From Hydrolagus colliei (Eukaryota): 64,000 nucleotides of DNA. The notes beneath the pieces are model-generated. The model saw only the letters and a program-made list of their open reading frames with translations, was not told the origin of the DNA and did no database searches. The stretch is taken from the NCBI GenBank assembly GCA_035084275.1, contig CM068756.1:2418001-2482000 (forward strand), given 5' to 3'. Shown here piece after piece: positions 1 through 11,239 of the stretch; position 1 is the first letter of the stretch, and each line of letters begins with the position of its first letter. A program made the translations under genes and the position numbers.

Positions 1-713
1 ATATTCTGGTATGTTTTATGCCAGTTTAGAGAACTGCAAGATGCACCTTTTTTTCTCTTTAATTAACTCGCCATCTTCTATCCAAGCGAAAGAGACACAG
101 GAGTGCTCATTATACTCACTCGGAGATAGATAACTATGGAGTTATGAAGTCAAGTTAGTTCTCATGCATTACCCATCATTCTTTCCGGCAACAAAATTGC
201 CAGAATTCAGTAATCTGAGCTATACAATCTTAACATTTTCCTGTAGCTGAAACACATTATTCTGGGGTAGCTGTACACTACATCAAACTGCTACTGTCAT
301 TGTGCTGGGAGGGACGTTTTGAACAATTTCATAGCATGAAATTAGCTTCTAGAATATCAAATGACATTGGTCCTGCCCAATTCTCCTTCCTCCACCCACC
401 CTCACCGCCAACAAAATAATAACTCTTTGTTTATGTAATTGCCTGGCACCGCAGGTATGTCAACATATTGGTAGAAGTGAAGATATGAACTTGCAACCTT
501 GCTGGATAAAAATCCAATTCTCTGCTGAGTTAGTAACTGGGCTGCCTTCCAGCGATTCACATTTAGCATAATATTATTGCACCAAGGCACACACTTTGCG
601 CCCATCAGTGCTGTTTGGAGCTTTGCATGTCCTTGGTATTTTATTTGTCCCAGTTAAACGCCTGCAGTCTTTGCCCCGCTCAGTGCTGCCGCATTCTCTA
701 TTGTGTATTTTAG

Positions 714-750
714 GACACCTTTCATTACGCAAATGTACTTGACATTTCAG
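714..750 (+). CDS. Candidate internal exon (37 nt) of an unidentified plus-strand gene
   Basis: ttctctattgtgtattttag|GACACC...TTTCAG|gtgagt; strong acceptor and consensus donor. Open as DTFHYANVLDIS or TPFITQMYLTFQ. Product not recognised. Confidence 0.45.
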
Positions 751-1429
751 GTGAGTGAATTAATCAGCTGAAAATTATTGCGTCTTGCATTACTAATGCC
801 ATTTCATCACTCTGTCAATGAAGAACACAGTACTTTAGCAAACAAATTAGTTCCCAAAAAAAAGTTTGCCCGGGGGGAGTTATCCAGTGCGTAAGAAAGA
901 TTTATGAAGAGCTGCTTCTGAAATTGTTTCTAGATGGCTCAAGGGAAAGATATGAATAAAATGGTCTCACACGTTGTGGTAGCTTTTCATGTCCACGCTC
1001 ATTGGGATCGATGGTAATTTTTAAAAATGTATATCAGCTAATACATGCGGCTGAAATTAAAAAAAATTATAGGAGTCGAAATATCAAAGTCTACCTGAAG
1101 TGCCACCTCAAACGTGGTTTGGAACACCATTACGAATGTGACAATTGGAATTAAACTCTGGATGTCCTACACAAAGCTCGTAATTATATTAACTTAGACA
1201 ATCACATCTCCGACTTGTAATTAATGAGAACAGTTTCGTATCTGACTGCATAAACATGTTCAGGCACACTCTATCTAACAGCCGAGCTCTCAGTGAGCTT
1301 AGGTATCCTGAGACTAACTGCAACCCCAGGCTATAACTGAAAACTCAATCAGTCCCCAATTTCGATTGGTCTTAGGCAATAATTTTGTTCTATCTCTGGA
1401 CAATTTACAGTGGATTTCTGTCACACAGA

Positions 1430-1776
1430 GGTTAGAGCACTCTCCTCACAAGCAAGAAAACCAAAGTTCGATTACTGGTGGAGTGAAATGCTAGGTAAGT
1501 TTCCTCACTCCACACACCTCTGTTTACCTTGCAGTAAATAGGAACCCAGTTGTTAGTCGAATGGCAGATCACGTTTCCAGGGGGTAATAATCTCTTCAAA
1601 AACAATAATTTGGTCACTCAATCCACGATTGTTTGTGGGACACTGCTAGGCGCAATTGGCTGCCACGATTCACCCACAAAAGATAGCCAATGTGCTTTAC
1701 AATATATTCTGTGAAGCCTTTTGAGATCTTTTGAAAATGTGAGAAGGCGCTATGTCACATGCAAGGGTTATTATTC
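1430..1776 (+). mobile_element. tRNA-derived Deu-type SINE, long variant
   Basis: Degenerate tRNA head, about 65-nt extra segment, core tgtttgtgggacactgct..caattggctgcc, tail gtgaagc..aggcgctat..gcaaggg(tta)n. Confidence 0.85.
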
Positions 1777-2415
1777 TTAATTAATGGCTAAACCTCGTTA
1801 CCATCCATCAGCACAAATTTAATGGCCAGTTCTGTCACGTGGTGGAAATCATTGTATCACTGACATAGGCTCCTTTCGGCTGAATGTGACTATAGGTGAC
1901 TCAAGCCGGTCTTGTTTAAAGGGAGTAATGCCTCTGTTTGCTTATGTTTCCTCAACTGGTTGCTTGGTGACTGGCGTAAATGAAGCTGTTCGCTTTCCTT
2001 CTACCAGTTTATCTTCCAGCTCCTGTCTTTTAACACGTGTAATTTGCACCTCATGCACATTAACTCTTCTGTTTATTCACAACGGAGCCCGCAGTTCATC
2101 AATTTTCATTGCAGATCATCCATTTCAGTCTGCACATTGTCACTGTCATGTGTCAGAAGGTGCCTAATTAGTTTAATATCCCATTAATTACATCAAAATA
2201 TAACTGGGGAGATTCGATTCAAAAGACCTATAAAGGAACAACGAGGTCTACATTATAGTGGCTTTGAAAAGGCAATAAAATAGTTGGTTAACTGGCAGCT
2301 AAATTAAGGGGAAGAAGAATGAAAGTGTACAGCTACACACCCTTAATTATCAGTCCAAGTGCCTCTTTCATCGAGCTCAAAGGATGAAGCGAGTGAGAAA
2401 CAATGGTAATATAAT

Positions 2416-2546
2416 GCCTGTTTGTGAGGCACTGCAGTGCATAATTGGCTGCCATGTTTCGCCCACAAAATATGCAGTCAGTTAAATTTACACTATGTTC
2501 TGTGAGCGCTATGAGACATCTCAACGATGCGAGGCTACTATATCAA
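2416..2546 (+). mobile_element. SINE fragment (core + tail)
   Basis: tgtttgtgaggcactgc...aattggctgccatgtttcgcccacaa matches other copies in the window. Confidence 0.75.
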
Positions 2547-2829
2547 TATTACATTAGTATATGTGTTTTGCTTATCCCTCACATGGGTTACTGCACTAAT
2601 AATAATAAATATTACATCTACATAGATGCAGTGTATACAGCCAATGGCTTTTATAAATGCAACATTGCTCCCCTGTATTTGTTACCAACTGAACTTGGTC
2701 AAATTAGGGGACAGTTGTGGAGAGAGGATGAATGTGAGGCATGGGACCAGGGTGTACAATTGCACTACAAAGACTTAATCTCATTCGCTCAATGGGTGTT
2801 CTGGATGAAATGCCTTCAGTGTTTCTTTT

Positions 2830-3028
2830 GCACCTTTTGCAGCAGGTGATTAATGACTGGAACCGGTTACGAGGAAGGTTGGTAGAGAACCAAGTCACTG
2901 GGGCTCATTTAGAAGAAAAATACAGCTCAGTGATGTGACTGGAAGACGGTAGGGCAGGTGGTCATACAGGGGTTAAGAACGGATGGACCGAGACTCCTTC
3001 TTCACCTGTACCTCTCTTGTGATCTTGT
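2830..3028 (+). mobile_element. CR1-like LINE 3' end
   Basis: Translates QVINDWNRL (resembles the CR1 ORF2 C-terminal VxxxWNxL), followed by a 3'UTR ending cctctcttgtgatctt. Confidence 0.55.
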
Positions 3029-4356
3029 CTACTTGTTTTCTCTGTAGAAGCTAATATAGAAAATAACAAACAGTTTCTCTACCACTGCCAGCTCTCATCT
3101 TGACAATAATTGAATAACAATCTTTTTTGTTGTTCAAAATGCACAGGGAAGCTGAGCTGAAAGTAATATTTTTGTAAGACACATAGATCATTTATAGTAC
3201 AGTCTGCAGTGCCATTTGGCTAATATTCTACTATCTTTGTTCAGAGATTTTCTGCAGTATTCCATCATCAACCCCTTGAAGTTGATGTTCTAATTTTTCC
3301 GACGGGAACTTTTGAATCTCAAAGTTCTTTCTTTGGTATAAACGTATGTGACCTTTGGAAGGAACACAAACTTGCTTACCTGTTCAGGCAAAATTGTTCG
3401 ATTGCTTTGAGAATGGGAACAGAAACCATTCGAGGGCAGATTATTGGAATTTTCACTTATTGTGGATTGATCGCTAGAGGTTTGGAATGGAAACGCAGCA
3501 CTCACCATGATGTGTCCGCAGTTTGACAAAACAACAGCAAAACAACCGGGTGATGGGAGGGTAGGGTGGTAATGAAGGTGCGGTGGCAAAGTGGGTTGGG
3601 TGGTGGGCGGGGGAGGTGGGTTGGGCATGTGCGTGTGCAAAATGATTGTATTAGCCCTGTTTGCCATTGAGAGTCAGAAGAAAAATTCTCCAACAATTCA
3701 GAAAATGTGTTCGAAATTATCAAGGGAACCATTGAAATACATTTTTGAAAAATCATGGATTTCAGGGCAAAATCCGCAACGTCCATTTCAAAATGAAATG
3801 TCACCACATTTGCCTCTGGTAGCTGGCAGCAGTCCCTCAAGGAATACCGTGCATTTTAAGCACTCCAGGTGTACGCAATACTTGAGAATTTCGCTCATGT
3901 TCATTTGACTTATGGAGTGTGCAATCACACTGCATCGCTAACCGGTATAAAAGCTCTTAAGATCCTTTTAAACTAATTATATGTAATGCAGTAATTTATC
4001 CTTTCATTGTGCCAAATTGCTCGTGCACGGAGATGAATATTAATGAATATTAAGTGCAATTTGGAAGCTTTACTACATAGATTTTGCTATGTAATCAGAA
4101 TCAGTTATTGAATCATACAATAAGAGTGTTACTGTGAGAGAGAAATAAATAAAAGATCTAGCTGTAATCATTCAACGTTCTGCTAACACTGTAAAAAGAA
4201 AACTGTGCTTAATAACTTATGACAAACAAACAGCCGTACTGTAATTCACAATCATCATGTACAGTATTTATGAGTTTGAAGATGAGCTGTCTTAAAATTA
4301 TATGTTGGATGATAACGATATTCTGTCCCCGAAACCTGTGTACTCTTTACTGGCAG

Positions 4357-4625
4357 AAACCCCAGAAGAGTGTGTTGGATGAGACCCTTTAGAAGAAGAG
4401 GACTTGATGAGTTAAAAGACTCATCCCACGCTGTAACGTGTAGCGATAAACGACTCCGAGCTTATTCATTGCACCACTGATCATCCAGTCAGTTCAGCAA
4501 TGCAAAGTCGTCTCAACATTAAAGTTAATGTTACATTTCATGAGGATGCTGCATTTCCACAAACAGTCAAAGAGCTTTTGACTGGAAACTTCAAAGCAAA
4601 AATAAAAATGTGTTTCACTGTCCCT
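4357..4625 (+). other. Candidate alternative terminal exon A of unidentified gene
   Basis: tactctttactggcag| acceptor. Short coding tail KPQKSVLDETL* (phase 0) or ETPEECVG* (phase 1). AATAAA at 4601-4606 followed by a GT-rich downstream element. Confidence 0.35.
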
Positions 4626-4998
4626 GTGTTTGTGATTGCAGTTTGGGTGTGGAAACCTCTCCTTGTACTTGATTTAATGTGGGGATGTATTTTAGTGCCA
4701 TTGAACATGGCTTTCTATCTTGAGCAATGGTGTGGGTGATTATAGAGGGTTTTAAGAACTGATGGACCAAAACGCCTCCTTCACCTGTACCTCTCTTGTG
4801 ATCTTATTTATATGTTTTCACTGGAAAAAGCTAAATGGAAAAATAACAACCCTTTTCTCTGCCACTGCCAGCTCTCACCTTGACATTAAATTGATAAACT
4901 ATCTTTTTGTTGTTGTTCAACTTGTACAGGGCAGAAGTGAAACAAATGTAACATTGAACAGATTTTTCTCTCTTCTTCCCTCCCCCTCCTTCAACCAG

Positions 4999-5005
4999 CG
5001 ACAGC
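4999..5005 (+). CDS. Candidate 7-nt microexon CGACAGC
   Basis: About 30-nt pure pyrimidine tract (4963-4992) then aaccag|, donor gtgagc at 5006, TGCATG at 5024-5029 and 5047-5052. Confidence 0.45.
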
Positions 5006-5230
5006 GTGAGCAAGCTGCGTTTGTGCATGAGAGGGCAGAGCCAGTTTGCATGGTTTCCGTTTCTACCACCTGGGTTCCCGCTCACCTCTTAGCCTCAATG
5101 TCGCATCTGTAAAAACAGCTGCAGGGGGGAATGAGTGTGTTGGATCCCGAGAGAGATCAGGCACAAGCTAATCAGCTTGTAAATCTCAGCACAGTGTACA
5201 AAGACGCAAACACGTGCCTGCTTTAGAAAA

Positions 5231-5292
5231 AACAGCAACAAGCTTACATTTGTAGAGTGCCTTTCACGTCAGGAGGACGTCCCAAGGCGCTG
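5231..5292 (-). mobile_element. L2 LINE 3' tail only
   Basis: Reverse complement cagcgccttgggacgtcctcctgacgtgaaaggcactctacaaatgtaa..(ttg)n. Confidence 0.8.
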
Positions 5293-5478
5293 AATAATCA
5301 TCCTTGCATTTCACGTGGCGCTTTTCACGTCTTCTAGACCCTTCACAGAATATAAAGTGAATTGATTGTATATTTGTGGGTGAAACACGGCAGCCAATTA
5401 TGCACAGCAGTGTCCCACAAACAGTCATGGATTGAAATTACCAATTTATTATAGTTTGTTTTTGATGGATTATTATTT
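5293..5478 (-). mobile_element. SINE, 5'-truncated
   Basis: Reverse complement of the core and tail of the window's dominant SINE. Confidence 0.85.
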
Positions 5479-5723
5479 AATCCACACCCCCACCCCCCCC
5501 CCTTCCCTCCCCACCACCGCTATGCCGTCCAAATCAAATGTTGATGACTTGACATTGCTCCAAACCTAAGAAGCAAGACACTGGCGGAGAGATTCCTAGG
5601 GGTGTATGGTACAAAATATAGCGCGCTGTGAGCTGAGGAAGGCTTTTCTCTCTTCGTGGTTGTTTTAAAGTGGGGGTAGTTGGCACATTCCTCAGACTGT
5701 GTTAATTCAGATTTGCAATTCAA

Positions 5724-5726
<3 letters not shown>

Positions 5727-5760
<34 letters not shown>
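5727..5760. repeat. (TC)n microsatellite
   Basis: About 17 TC units. Confidence 0.95.
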
Positions 5761-5762
<2 letters not shown>

Positions 5763-5894
5763 GTGTCAGAACAGGCAGCAAAAGCAAAGCAAACTGTATT
5801 GTAAATTATAATGCTTTACAACGCAGGACGCCCTCCCAATGTGAAAGGCACCATATCAATGTAATTTTTGCATTGTTGCTCTCTATTCTGACTT

Positions 5895-6178
5895 GTGGAG
5901 TCCTGTAGCGCAGTGGTTAGAGCGCTCGCCTTACAAGCTAGAGACCTAGATTCAATTCCAGGCAGGGCGAAACCTTGGGCAAGTTTCCTTACTCCACACG
6001 CCTAATAATAATCCCTAAAAACCCCCCAATAATATTATTGTTATATATATTTCAATCCACGACTGTTTGTGGGACAAAACCGTATGCAATTGGCTGCCAT
6101 GTTTCAGCCCACATATGTACAGTCAATTCACTGTACAGTATATCCTGTGATGGATTATTATTGTTACTGTTATTATTA
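5895..6178 (+). mobile_element. tRNA-derived SINE, near full length, tail partly deleted
   Basis: A box TAGCGCAGTGG, B-like ATTCAATTCC, ccttgggcaagtttccttactccacacg, Deu-like core, (tta)n end. Confidence 0.9.
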
Positions 6179-6226
6179 AACTTCATTTAAAAATATTTCC
6201 AAATACAGATTTGGAAAATAAAACTA

Positions 6227-6450
6227 CAGTAAAAGCCCATTTATCCGGCACCCTCGGGATCTGGTCAATGCCAGTTAAAGCATGTGTCGGATATTCGGCT
6301 GAAAACGCCAAAGAAAACAAAAATTTCAATTCAAATAATGCATTTTTCTGGATAGATTCCGGTTAATCGAATGCGGACCTTTTTTTTTCCGCAATGCCGG
6401 TTATATGGAAGATATGATAGATCGGGTGCCAGATAAATGGGCTTTTACTG
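6227..6450. mobile_element. Tc1/mariner superfamily (Tigger/pogo-like) MITE, 224 bp
   Basis: 27-bp TIRs CAGTAAAAGCCCATTTATCCGGCACCC / GGGTGCCAGATAAATGGGCTTTTACTG (1 mismatch). TA dinucleotide on both sides (6225-6226, 6451-6452). Confidence 0.92.
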
Positions 6451-6690
6451 TATTCTATTACCCTACCCCCACCAGTCACATCAATTTTCCACAGTGCAAA
6501 CCCAAAGCTTTACCATCTATTTAACATGAAAACAGCCCGGCAATTGGGGATCCTCATTAATTATGTTGAAAGGTTTACTTTTTAATGATTACAAAATTAA
6601 TTTTTTTTTAAAAACACGCACAGAGAGATTCATTTATTAGGGCTGTGTTTGTTTGTGGCTTAACCTTCTGTGGCGCTTCCTTTGGAACAG

Positions 6691-6749
6691 ATGTCGTCAA
6701 TGGAAAGCAGCTTAAAAAATGGCGGAAGGGATTCCTGGGAATGCAATGA
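6691..6749 (+). CDS. Candidate alternative terminal exon B coding tail
   Basis: Branch-like cttaac (6659-6664), pyrimidine tract, aacag| at 6690. One frame reads VVNGKQLKKWRKGFLGMQ* (stop 6747-6749). Followed by UTR-like AT-rich sequence. Confidence 0.35.
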
Positions 6750-7157
6750 TTTGGGTGGAAATATTTTGATGATATGTTGATGAAGCAAGCAGGGATCCGT
6801 GAGGCTGGAAGCACTCCAAGATCTTTCGGAGACAGACAAAGAGGGATGAACATAATTAGTGGCAATTAATAGGAGCACGAAAAAATTGATCAATCTCTTT
6901 AACCTTCCACAGTAGCATCTATGTCCTTTATAGCCTTTCAAAACACATTTTTATACTGAAAAGATAGTGTACAAATGTTTAATTGCATGGCAGACAATGT
7001 TTTTGCAATTCACATTGCACCATTGGTTCTGTGGAGATAACCAAATGGTCTAAACGTACCTACCATGTTAGTTATATTGGCTAAGGACAGAAAATCCTTT
7101 GCTTACTGTTTTGGAGGAAAGGGAAGGTAAATGGAATTGAAAGGAATTCCCTTAAAG

Positions 7158-7226
7158 GAACAGGCATAAACATCGCTTGATATGGGCAAGACAAATGGCC
7201 TTCGTCCGTGCTGTAAATTTCTATAA
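7158..7226 (+). mobile_element. CR1-like 3'UTR remnant
   Basis: gcataaaca...aaatggcct..ccgtgctgtaaatttctat, similar to 30130-30210. Confidence 0.45.
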
Positions 7227-8149
7227 ATCATTATTTTAAAAAAAGTTTTCACAAATTATTCTTTTACACATAAAAATAACTATTTTTGTATTTTGCTTCC
7301 TCTGGTAGTAATAAGCCATCGACTGGCCTGTTCCATCCGTCAAACATCTTTTGTGACATTATTCAGGAGCGTCAAGGCGCAGAGGAGAGGAATGATAAAC
7401 CTAATGTAGGCAAAGTCTCTTTATCCGGCTCCTTTTAATCTTTAGTTTCTGCTCCAGCTGTGACAGACAGTATGCATGCTTATCAAAATATATGAGTAAA
7501 GTAATGCAGAACAAATTGTCTCCAAATGCAATGCAAAACTCAAATGTCTAAGGTTCCAATGTTCTATGTCAAACTGTCTTAGTAGTGTCTAAGTGCACAA
7601 ACAGAATGGACAAGTACACAGAGCTTGATAATTGTACCTTCTCTCAGTTCCTCTTAAAATAAAATCTGATGCATAGCACTGAGATGATGTTCTATGGACC
7701 TGTGGAAGCAAATAGTGCTTTCAATGTCTTGTAAAATGCCTTAAATTACCCCCTCCATCTACTGAAAGTGTCCTCCTGACATGAAAGCCCAATACAAATG
7801 AAATTTTGTGTTGTTGTGTGTTGTAAGAGACTGCTGCTCATTGCAGACACAATTTGCCAAAGTTACTCCACTGAGCAGCACTCAATTTGTCTCATCCACA
7901 ACATACAATTAATGGTGTTTCAATTCGGTATTAGAACTCAGCGTTGTTGAATCATCAGCCACAAAAGCTCCCTGAAAGCCATGACTGAGTGCTCTAAACC
8001 AAAGTAATGTTCTCTGGATGCAGACTAAGGCTAGGCCACTAACATGTTGACAAAGTAATGTGCAAGCAAGAGGAATTTATTCTCCATTGAACATGGAGCA
8101 AAGGTTTGGGCTGTTGTCAACAAGGGGATTGAGGATCAACCCCTTTCAA

Positions 8150-8333
8150 CAATAATAAATTGGTCATTTCAAACCACGACTGTTTGTGGGACGCTGCTGT
8201 GCGCAATTGCCCTGCCGCGTTTCGCCCACAAATACACAGTCAGTTCACTTTACAGTATATTCTGTGAAGCCCTGTGAGACGTGTGCAAAGAGACGTGGAA
8301 AGCGCTATATCAAATGCAAGGATGATTATTATT
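8150..8333 (+). mobile_element. SINE, 5'-truncated
   Basis: ttggtcatttcaaaccacgactgtttgtggg...aagcgctatatcaaatgcaaggatgattattatt. Confidence 0.88.
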
Positions 8334-9365
8334 TTAGTTCAGAGACGAACCAACATCCGTGAGACAATAGGTGGGGCTTGAGACTCCAATTTGTCTCAGT
8401 ATGTCAGTCCAGCTTGTTTTCAAAGTCGACACAATTCGCAGAAAATTTGTGAAAAATTCTTAAATTCTTTCTCCGTGGTTGCTTTAAACAATAATAGAAA
8501 TGATGATGATGATGATAATAATGATAATAATCGTAATAGTAATTTACCCTAATTAGCAGCAAGTGGAGGAAGCTGGCAAACTCCCGAGATTGTCTGAATT
8601 CAGAGACTTGCAATACCAGCAGCTTGTTGGAATGGCAACACCAAAACATCCTTGTAGGTTTTTAGAGCACATTTATTATGAGGCGATCGAAAACAGTTTC
8701 CAACGGTTTCCCCAATGGTTTCATTCATTCGAGTGAAACAGTCAACAGAGGTCCAGAGTAGGTCAATGTTGAAAAGCCTGTTTAGTACCTCGGTATAATT
8801 TCTCCCAGACTTTCTGCTCTGTTCTCCCAGCTATCAGGGTCAAATCTCTACTCATCTGTCCTTGTTACAGTTGTCACCAGCTATGTGCCGCTGAACCCAG
8901 TAATATACAAATCAACAGTCAGTTGTTTGTATTGAATTTTGTTTTTTGACAAACCTCATTGACTTCATTCAATTCCAGGCAGATCAAGCCAGTCTGCTCA
9001 AACTCTCACTTTAATGTCTTATGAGTTCAGAGTAGCCAATTCCTGATACTGGTCCTAAGCCAATTTGTGCTCAAATCAGTTATTAAACTAAAATGAGGCA
9101 GCAGGGAGGGAAACAAACCAAACTAGAACACAATTTTTGTGTCAACCTGGCTCATTTGGTAGCACGCTCGCCTCCGTATCAGAAGGCAGTGATGTCAAGC
9201 CACAGCTTGTAGGCAGGATACTCATGTATTTGATGGTACTTTCAACTCTGTTATCCATTTTGGTCTTAATTCCACTAAGATTCCTTAATAAGATAATCAG
9301 CATGAACTGTGTGAGATCACAAGAAACAGTTGGGATGCATCAATCTAATAATGCTTGGATTAATT

Positions 9366-9423
9366 GATGTCTTCCCGACGTGAAAGGCTCTTTACCAATG
9401 TAATTTTGTTGCTGTTGTTGTTG
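9366..9423 (+). mobile_element. L2 3' tail only
   Basis: gatgtcttcccgacgtgaaaggctc...tgtaattttgttgctgttgttg. Confidence 0.75.
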
Positions 9424-11059
9424 TAATGCACCTGACAAGGTTATCGTTGGATTTTGCAACAATGGAGAATGAAAGAGCCTTGATTTAAATACACCCAATG
9501 TGGGGAGGGATGGGGTGGGGGGGCGGCGGTGGTGGCCTTGTTCATTTTTCTCTGCATGTTTGGCAAAACCTTTGTCCACAAAGAAAATAGGAACCTTCTA
9601 AACAGCACTAAACCTAGTTGTGTCATTCACTTGGATTGATGTCACTGATAATGTCCTTAATATATACCTATATACGTTTGGCTTCTCACACTCAACATGT
9701 TGCAAATTCCACTACCAGCTAGGAAGAAGTAATATGGAATCCTCCGACAATATTTTTTCGACCCACGTGCAAAACACCAGCCTCCATAAAGTACCACAAA
9801 AATCCCTCTTTCGGATTATTAGTAAAGATAGGATGATTCGCCTTTTAAATATTAATTACCGTCCTTAATTTACGCTCCGCTCGCTATATAGAAATCAAGG
9901 AAACCTTTCCAATGCGTCGTGACAAGAAAGCTGTAGCCGGACGAAAATGGCCCACACAAAACGGGGAGCTGAAGCCATTAAAAGATTAGAATCGGTCCGC
10001 ACATCAGGTTACAAAATGCCACAGTGCTGCTGACTGCTACCCGAAGATATTCCCCATCACCAGGCTCCTGAATTCAAAACTTGCTCAGAAACAGACTTTG
10101 AAGATCACATCTCGCTAATAGTTTTTAAGTGTTTCAAAATGCCCGTTTTTTTTTTATCATTCTAGGCTGGGGCAAGGCTGCTTGTCTTCTCTGCAAATAA
10201 TAGTAATCCTTTGATATGCTTATTAAATGGTTATTATTATTCATATACATATTTTTTAAACAGTTCTTTACCTCTGCTGCTCAATCGACACACGTGGAAA
10301 TCCGTCACCAGGAGAGAGTATCCAAAGCTGACTGAGCTTTGTCCACTTAAGGAAATTCCCGCATACTAAGTGGTGCAGATAATCTAGAAATATCAAGTTT
10401 AAGCTTTAAAAGTGCCAACATAAAGATAGGAAGCTTCCACTATCAAGCTGATTTGGTGTTAAATTTAAACCACTTACACTTCTACAAACGTCTTCTAGCT
10501 TTAATTCTAACGCGGTGGTTTCCTCTTCCAAACCTTGTTAGGTCGGGTTCTCATTGTAATCCAATGCAATTGTACATCTCGTGCCATTTAACGGTGAAAA
10601 TGTGATGCTTTTTCCCTGCAGTCTTGTGATTTAAGCAGATGCAATTGGATTACAGTCACCCCTATATCTATCTGAACACATTTTTCCAGTCAAGGTTCTC
10701 ATTTGCCATTATTTTTTCAACAGTGTTGTTGAGTAAACCCTTGGTTATTGCAGTGAGCTCGTGTCTCCGAAACGTTACTCATACAGTCATTTTGTTTTAT
10801 CGCCTGTTAACATTTATGTTGTTTTGCATCCAGATTATACTCATTAATTCCACATTCGTTCGCGAGCAAGTTTGCTGCCAAGATACTGCAAATGTGAGAA
10901 ACACCAAATTGTGCTAAAACAGCTGATGTTCTGTTAACATTTTAGATTTAACTGTGTGGAAACCCAAGTGCCAATATCTTATTTTTCTTCCCCTGCCCCC
11001 CACACCTATAATCCTTACACCAATCACAATGGTACGATAACTCATTACGACCCATTGTC

Positions 11060-11239
11060 TGTGAGACACTACTGTGCTGCGTTTCACCTATAAAATAGTT
11101 AGTCAATTTACAATATACTTTGTGAAGCGCTTTGAGATATCCTCCTGACGTGAAAGATGCTATACAAGTATAATTTTGTTGTTGTCTCAACCTCGTGATA
11201 AGACGCTATATGTCAAATGCAAGGATCATTATTATTATT
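11060..11239 (+). mobile_element. SINE core/tail with an L2 tail inserted in it
   Basis: SINE ...gtgaagcgctttgagata | L2 tcctcctgacgtgaaagatgctatacaa..(ttg)n | SINE tail resumes ..gacgctatatgtcaaatgcaaggatc(att)n. Confidence 0.65.

Noticed and set aside
3380-3508. Minus-strand exon MVSAAFPF...LPEQ|gtaag, with possible partners at 406-501 and a 21-nt segment at 5086-5106, as an OSGIN1 or other gene start
   Set aside because: No similarity to OSGIN1/2 or any protein I recognise. The plus-strand model has stronger signals here. Not excluded, but unsupported.
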